Sequence record: SRR31156797_1349 | DNA length: 32,556 nucleotides | Reading direction: 5' to 3' (one strand) | Part shown: one piece after another, positions 27,560-32,556 of the stretch | Layout: each line of letters begins with the position of its first letter | How positions within the stretch are numbered: position 1 is the first letter of the stretch | Translations under genes and position numbers: made by a program | The notes under the pieces: generated by a model | What the model saw: the letters and a program-made list of their open reading frames with translations, nothing else | Databases searched by the model: none | What the model was told of the DNA's origin: nothing

Positions 27560-27590
27560 AAATACCATGATCACGATTTGATCACTGATA

Positions 27591-28046
27591 TTATTTGAAC
27601 TTTCCATCCAGCAGCAAGTGGGAAAAATAACCCGCAACAAAAGCCGCATAGAACGGAATGAACTCCCGTACGGCATCTGGCATCTGCATAAAAAACGGAA
27701 CGGCCAAGATAGGCACAGGCACCAAAAGCATAGCCCACCATGTATGTGTCCACCCGCGGTGCGATCCAACAGCAGGAAGCATGGAAAAAAGTCCAAACCA
27801 TGCAGCCCAGACATACAACCCTCTGATTATCAACACCAAATCAACCACGGTGAAAACTGCGTAATAAAGGTTCTGCCCTTTAGAATTGGTGTCGACATCT
27901 GGGAATAGTGCACCTAACAAACAAAAACCTATCAACCCGCTCGCCTGGAGCGGATCAAAAACCAACCATCCTAGCAATATTGCACCAATCAACCCCATGA
28001 CACCAAAAAAAAGGCCACCAGCAAGATGTCCTCGGTAATCAGGCAT
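27591..28046 (-). CDS. Membrane-bound metal-dependent hydrolase (YdjM/DUF457-like)
   Basis: N-terminal His (YRGH), ALFPDVD, SHRGWTH, SHLLLD. Confidence 0.88.
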   Translation of the reverse strand: MPDYRGHLAGGLFFGVMGLIGAILLGWLVFDPLQASGLIGFCLLGALFPDVDTNSKGQNLYYAVFTVVDLVLIIRGLYVWAAWFGLFSMLPAVGSHRGWTHTWWAMLLVPVPILAVPFFMQMPDAVREFIPFYAAFVAGYFSHLLLDGKFK

Positions 28047-28078
28047 ATGTCACCACTATAAAAATGGAAATTATAGAA

Positions 28079-28666
28079 TTAAAGAGTCCCGGGAGTACAC
28101 ACACTCCGCAAAATAAACCAACGGGCCTCTTCATACAAATCTAAGACTTTGTACGGCGTCAGGAAACGGGTACGAACGGCACCAACGATACTCCCGTAAA
28201 CCATAAAAGCGGTTTGAGAAACAGGCAATTCCTTGAGAGAGCCATCCTCTACGCCACGACGCAAGAACTCTTCAATCATATCAATAAGTTCTCTAAACTT
28301 GGCACCAATTTTATCTCGATCTAAATCGGGATTATCATCACTGAAAGGCGAACACCGAATAATGGTTGGAAACGTCTTTTCATTCTCCACGGTAAAGTCC
28401 AAATATGCCCCGATAAATGCTCCAAGAGCGTCACAACCAGACTTACAGTCATCTGTTTTCACCCGCAATTCGGTGATCATTGTGTCGATCAACTCACTCC
28501 CGGCAACCATGAAAAGGTTTTCCTTGGATTCAAAATAGTGAAAGACCAATCCCGACGCTACTCCAGCCTGTTCAGCAACCATTTTCATGGTCGTACCAGC
28601 ATATCCGCATCGAGCGAATATTTCCTGGGCAGCTCTCAGAATCTTTTCTTTCTTCCCAATCGACAC
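28079..28666 (-). CDS. TetR/AcrR family transcriptional regulator
   Basis: ILRAAQEIFARCGYAGTTMKMVAEQAGVASGLVFHYFESKENLF HTH; GTG start at 28666 after GGAGGGG. Confidence 0.92.
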   Translation of the reverse strand: MSIGKKEKILRAAQEIFARCGYAGTTMKMVAEQAGVASGLVFHYFESKENLFMVAGSELIDTMITELRVKTDDCKSGCDALGAFIGAYLDFTVENEKTFPTIIRCSPFSDDNPDLDRDKIGAKFRELIDMIEEFLRRGVEDGSLKELPVSQTAFMVYGSIVGAVRTRFLTPYKVLDLYEEARWFILRSVCTPGTL

Positions 28667-28714
28667 TTTTCCCCTCCAAAAACTCAGTATATGTAAAATT
28701 ACTTGCCATTGTTT

Positions 28715-28728
28715 AGTACGCCCGTACT
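28715..28728. promoter_or_regulatory. Candidate TetR autoregulatory operator
   Basis: Palindrome AGTACG-cc-CGTACT about 50 nt upstream of the tetR start. Confidence 0.45.
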
Positions 28729-28761
28729 GTTTGTACAAGCGGTATTTCCCACAAAGCACAC

Positions 28762-28790
28762 AAAAAAGGCGATAGCCTAAGCCACCGCCT
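28762..28790 (-). terminator. Intrinsic terminator after the sufB-like gene
   Basis: Minus strand AGGCGGTGGC-ttag-GCTATCGCCT-TTTTT, using G.U pairs. Confidence 0.72.
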
Positions 28791-28812
28791 CATTTTTTAT
28801 TCTTGTTAGGGA

Positions 28813-29973
28813 CTACATGGCATCAGAGGCTTGCAATTCCTCAATCTGCTTATCTATTTCCCTTTGTAACCGAGCTGGCAATCCCATGATATCGGTATTC
28901 AGAAAACCACGGACAATGGTAGAGGTTGCCTCATCTTCATCCATGCCTCGCGCCATGAGATATTCGATCTCTTCCTGTGCAATTTTCCCCACAGACGCTT
29001 CATGAGAAAGTTCAACACCCTCCACAGTACCGTCCAGTTCGGGAATAGCCCAGATACGCCCACCACCAAGGATAAGCCCCTGACATTCAAGATGGCCCTT
29101 ACTCGGCACATGGTGTGCACCGATGTGACCACGATTAATAATGGTACCACCAGTAGAAATGGTCCGAGCAATGATTTCACACCGAGTATTCGGTGCATTC
29201 ATGACAACCCGGTTCCCCATGTCCAGATGCGAACCTTCAGGAGCCATCACTACAGAGTTAAAGCGAGCCACAGAGTGCGGGCCATTCATTTCGATGGAGG
29301 GATACATCTGCAAATCTTTAACCGGCTTGAGCAAAACGTAGTTCGACAAGAATTTACCGCCCTCTTCTACCACACCAGCAGACCGGGGTCGGACAGCAAC
29401 GTCCTCGCTCCAGTTGTGCACCATGGTGAAAGTCAACGATGCGTTCTTTTTGACAAAAAATTCAGAAATTCCCAAATGCGCCCCGGCCTTTGTGCCGTGA
29501 GCCACGGAACAGCCAGTGATGATATGCGCTTCTGCACCCTCTTCAATAATAACGAGATTGTGCACGTTCTGACCAACATTCTCAGACTTAAGCATCAGAC
29601 AGGATTGAATCGGGTCCTTGATTTTAGCGCCAGCCTTGACGCGAATAAAGTATCCACCATGCAAATTGTCATAAGCGGACTTGGTAAACTCATCTTTATC
29701 CCTGTCTACCAGAGTCCAATAATATTCCTTGAGGCCATCATACTTTTTGAGGGCATCCTTGATATCCATAATCTCGACGCCATCATCCGAAGACTGACAG
29801 TGCACGGCAGACTGATCCATCTGTAAATATGAAGCTGAACGAGTGCTCAGGTCAGAGACAACACCCGCCATGAGAAGCTGGTCTTTATCCTCTTGGGACA
29901 ACGCAGACAAATCATCAATGGCTTCCTGCTGAAGACCGTCAAACTTGAAATCGGTAAGATCGACTTTACTCAT
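28813..29973 (-). CDS. sufB: SufB/SufD-family Fe-S scaffold protein (SmsB-like)
   Basis: QNVHNLVIIEEGA, GHLECQGL, AIPEL, LSHEASVGKI, YLMARG, IVRGF; AAGGAG RBS favours ATG 29973. Confidence 0.85.
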   Translation of the reverse strand: MSKVDLTDFKFDGLQQEAIDDLSALSQEDKDQLLMAGVVSDLSTRSASYLQMDQSAVHCQSSDDGVEIMDIKDALKKYDGLKEYYWTLVDRDKDEFTKSAYDNLHGGYFIRVKAGAKIKDPIQSCLMLKSENVGQNVHNLVIIEEGAEAHIITGCSVAHGTKAGAHLGISEFFVKKNASLTFTMVHNWSEDVAVRPRSAGVVEEGGKFLSNYVLLKPVKDLQMYPSIEMNGPHSVARFNSVVMAPEGSHLDMGNRVVMNAPNTRCEIIARTISTGGTIINRGHIGAHHVPSKGHLECQGLILGGGRIWAIPELDGTVEGVELSHEASVGKIAQEEIEYLMARGMDEDEATSTIVRGFLNTDIMGLPARLQREIDKQIEELQASDAM

Positions 29974-29997
29974 ATCTATCTCCTTCACGAGGAGTTG

Positions 29998-30756
29998 CTA
30001 GTTCATGCAACGGACACATTCTTGGTAACCATGCTCCCGAATGTGATCCAAAATATCCCTGGGACGGCCTTCGCAACACAGATGGCCCTGATACAAAACC
30101 TGTCCACGATCGGCGTTGACATAATCAAGGATATAACCGGTATGGGTGATAATCAACCCAGCCGTTTTTGTCTGTTCCTTGCGTTCTCGCAGGCTCAAAT
30201 CAGGGGTGATATTAAAATTGCCATCCAGCACATCGCGGGCAACCTTACCCACTAACTGCATGTTTTCCATATCAACTCCTGATTCCGGCTCGTCAAAAAG
30301 TACGAGATCAGGCTGCTGCGCCATAAGCTGAAGCAACTCAGACCGCTTGATTTCCCCACCGGAAAAACCTGCGTTGATATCACGGTCCAAGAATTCAGCC
30401 ATGTTGACGGTTTCAGCCAACAGTTCGGGATTCACTTCACCTTTCCGGGAACACATCTGGACAAGATGACGGGTCCGCAAACCATGGATCGTCGGAGGCC
30501 GCTGAAAAGACATACCAACTCCGAGGCGTGCCCTTTCGTACATGGGGGCTTCTGTGATGTCCTGCCCTTTGAAATATATTTTCCCCTTGGTGACATTATA
30601 TCCGGAAAAACCCATCAGAGACATAAGAAGAGACGTCTTGCCCGAACCGTTAGGTCCGAACAAAATAAATGTTTCCCCTTCATTTATCTGGAGATTGATC
30701 CCCTTGAGGACCTCTTTATCGCCGATGTTGACATGTAAGTCTTCTATGGTCAGCAT
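29998..30756 (-). CDS. sufC: SufC-family ABC ATPase (SmsC-like)
   Basis: GPNGSGKT, YERARLG, FQRPP, RDINAGFSGGEIKRSE, DEPESGVD, ITH; C-terminal C-X18-CXXC. Confidence 0.88.
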   Translation of the reverse strand: MLTIEDLHVNIGDKEVLKGINLQINEGETFILFGPNGSGKTSLLMSLMGFSGYNVTKGKIYFKGQDITEAPMYERARLGVGMSFQRPPTIHGLRTRHLVQMCSRKGEVNPELLAETVNMAEFLDRDINAGFSGGEIKRSELLQLMAQQPDLVLFDEPESGVDMENMQLVGKVARDVLDGNFNITPDLSLRERKEQTKTAGLIITHTGYILDYVNADRGQVLYQGHLCCEGRPRDILDHIREHGYQECVRCMN

Positions 30757-30912
30757 CTGTTTCCTCGCTTTAAGTCATTGTGCAAACAGGCTCATTACTT
30801 AACGCAGCCTTGGAAGTCCAGCGAATCGTACGAAAGCCGCTGGACACAACTCTTTCACTTGCTCCGTGCAAGCATTTGGATATACTCGTTTCGACCAAAG
30901 GAAGGATAAACA

Positions 30913-31638
30913 ATGGGAAAAAAGCGTATAAACAACCTTGGCGATCTCAAGCAGATCAAATTCGAGAAGAAAAAAGACGATGTCTATTCTCTTCCGTATG
31001 ACAAAAATGAGCCTCAAAAAGAAAATGTCAACCCACAAAATGAACCTGAGGACGAAGAAGTGTTCATGGCTGCCATGCGTGGGGTTAAAAAAATGGATGG
31101 CGCAAGCGGTAGACAAGTAACACCCCAGTCCGAAACAGCCCCATCTCAAGTCGTTTCCGCTGAAGATGAAGCAAAAAACGACCTTCAGCGATTCATGCGT
31201 GGTGATATTGAGTTTGAACTCGAATATACAGACGAATTCATGTACGGGTATGTACGCGGTCTCGATATCAAAGTATTCCAACAACTCAAAGCCGGATCTC
31301 TCAGCGTTGCCACACATCTTGACCTTCACGGAATGACAGCGGATCAAGCTCAAGAAAATCTGCTCTTTTTCATCCGGGAAAGCTATCTTCAAGGGCATCG
31401 ATGTGTCCTGGTAGTTACAGGCCGTGGAAAAAATTCTCCAGGCGGACAATCGATTCTCCGAACAGGAACCGAAACATGGTTAACCAAAGAGCCCCTCAGA
31501 CGGGTAGTATTGGCATTTTGCACAGCACAACCAAAAGACGGTGGAGCTGGAGCCCTATACGTGCTTCTACGAAAGCAAAAGAAGACTCAGGGCAAGATCA
31601 AATGGGATACAATGGTCAATTGGGACGACAATGAATAG
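30913..31638 (+). CDS. Smr/MutS2-domain protein (SmrA/SmrB-like)
   Basis: LDLHG, VVTGRGKNS, VLAFCTAQPKDGGAGALYVLLR; N-terminal FMAAMRGVKK; TTGCTC-N16-TATACT at 30859-30886. Confidence 0.88.
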   Translation: MGKKRINNLGDLKQIKFEKKKDDVYSLPYDKNEPQKENVNPQNEPEDEEVFMAAMRGVKKMDGASGRQVTPQSETAPSQVVSAEDEAKNDLQRFMRGDIEFELEYTDEFMYGYVRGLDIKVFQQLKAGSLSVATHLDLHGMTADQAQENLLFFIRESYLQGHRCVLVVTGRGKNSPGGQSILRTGTETWLTKEPLRRVVLAFCTAQPKDGGAGALYVLLRKQKKTQGKIKWDTMVNWDDNE

Positions 31639-31658
31639 CAAGAGTTACTCATTCTCAG

Positions 31659-31696
31659 AAAAAACCCTCGCTCTTACGAACGAGGGTTTTATTTTT
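31659..31696. terminator. Bidirectional terminator between the smr gene and cheW
   Basis: AAAAAACCCTCG...CGAGGGTTTTATTTTT. Confidence 0.8.
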
Positions 31697-31697
31697 G

Positions 31698-32249
31698 TTA
31701 AGCAGAGGCCGCTGAAGCCGTAGCCACGGCCTCTTCAACAGGTGGCTGATCGGCACCGCCGCCCAGTCCTGCCAAATTCTTAGCAATGGCAAGCTCTTCC
31801 GCAGAAAAAATCTTGTTAATATCAATAATAATTATGAACTGCTCGTTCTGCCGTCCCATGCCCTTGATATACTCGGCATTGATGGCAGCCCCCATCTTGG
31901 GAGCGGGTTCAATGGTATCCGGGGTCATTTCAAAGACTTCGCGAACGGAATCTACGAGAGCGCCCATGACAGTGAATTCACCTTCGAATTCAATTTCAAC
32001 AATGATGATGCACGTATCAACGGTGTCTTCACCCTGCGACATACCCAGCTTCAAACGCATATCCACAACCGGAACGGCATGGCCACGCAAATTGATAACA
32101 CCACGCATAAATTCGGGTGTCCTAGGAATTTTGGTAATGGATGTTAATTCAAGAACTTCCCTTACTGTCCCAATATCCAAAGCGAAAATTTCTTTGCCTA
32201 AAGTGAAGGTCAAAAACTGATTGATATCTTTCAAAGCTTCATCAGCCAT
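31698..32249 (-). CDS. cheW: Chemotaxis coupling protein CheW
   Basis: QFLTFTLGKEIFAL, ITKIPRTPEFMRGVINLRGHAVPVVD, GALVDSVREV, IEPAP. Confidence 0.95.
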   Translation of the reverse strand: MADEALKDINQFLTFTLGKEIFALDIGTVREVLELTSITKIPRTPEFMRGVINLRGHAVPVVDMRLKLGMSQGEDTVDTCIIIVEIEFEGEFTVMGALVDSVREVFEMTPDTIEPAPKMGAAINAEYIKGMGRQNEQFIIIIDINKIFSAEELAIAKNLAGLGGGADQPPVEEAVATASAASA

Positions 32250-32493
32250 GGCAACCCCCTGATCAATTTATGTTTATTTTTTACTTTATCCGACATGAAT
32301 AATTCATCCGGGCCAGAAGAAGCAAACCGCTTCCCCATGATTTAGTCAATGCTTATGTGGTTAATAGTACATATTTATACTAAAAAACCATTATAAATAT
32401 ACCCAGATGTAGTATCTTATAGAATAGATCACCCAATCAGCAAGAAGATTCTCAAAAAAAACCACCATGTTGGCTTTTTTCTCAAAAAAAAGA

Positions 32494-32522
32494 TTGACAC
32501 TCACAGCGGTCAAAGATAGTTA
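32494..32522 (+). promoter_or_regulatory. Putative sigma70 promoter of the tRNA gene
   Basis: TTGACA-N17-TAGTTA with an A-tract upstream. Confidence 0.55.
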
Positions 32523-32534
32523 CTCACTTCGCGT

Positions 32535-32556
32535 CGGGATGTAGCGCAGTCTGGTA
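32535..32556 (+). tRNA. tRNA 5' end, most likely tRNA-Pro (truncated by the window end; anticodon not visible)
   Basis: CGGGATGTAGCGCAGTCTGGTA; C1-G2-G3 plus TAGCGCAG is typical of bacterial tRNA-Pro. Confidence 0.8.

Noticed and set aside
657..29988. Longer upstream starts in the ORF track for yihA (657), uppP (3781), HlyD (5034), cca (22009), tetR (28759) and sufB (29988)
   Set aside because: The extensions lack family similarity or RBS support and often overlap promoters or divergent genes; downstream starts fit better.
1..31638. A dispersed translation quality-control system (efp, yihA, ssrA, cca, smr)
   Set aside because: The genes are spread over 31 kb in different units and orientations; this is ordinary core-gene density.
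32321..32337. Sigma54-like GG-N10-GC upstream of cheW (minus strand GGGAAGCGGTTTGCT)
   Set aside because: The -24 element matches TGGCAC poorly; too weak to call.
1..32556. CRISPR array, tandem repeats, IS elements, toxin-antitoxin or defence genes, riboswitches
   Set aside because: No periodic repeats or matching proteins were seen; intergenic regions are short and mostly explained by promoters and terminators. A covariance-model search would be needed to exclude small RNAs fully.

Overview
A gene-dense, mostly core-genome region of a sulfate-reducing Desulfovibrionaceae bacterium, probably Pseudodesulfovibrio-like. The taxon is inferred from the gene set, the tmRNA tag and the birA-pyc-ppsA cluster. 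Left to right: efp (partial), aroQ, yihA/engB, lptG-lptF with a small upstream ORF, uppP, tRNA-Met(CAT), a 3-gene HlyD/ABC exporter, tmRNA, a flagellar locus (two PomB-type genes, one PomA-type gene, FapA/DUF342, divergent sigma28-driven flaG, and a small acidic ORF), ppsA, pyc, a biotin ligase, a tRNA nucleotidyltransferase-HD gene, a DHH phosphoesterase, a fused SucC-SucD, a GT4 glycosyltransferase, a YdjM-like hydrolase, TetR, a minimal SufB/SufC (SmsB/SmsC) pair, an Smr-domain gene, cheW and the start of tRNA-Pro. I found no integrase, transposase, prophage, CRISPR array or defence system, and I cannot support a wholly new system here. The leads worth testing are: one Na+-type A stator subunit paired with two tandem B subunits; a C-terminal zinc ribbon on pyruvate carboxylase; large insertions in PEP synthase; a nucleotidyltransferase lacking the flexible loop (likely CC-adding); a 27-bp divergent, possibly doubly leaderless promoter; and a beta-alpha fused succinyl-CoA-synthetase-like protein. 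All assignments come from motif recognition, not database searches.
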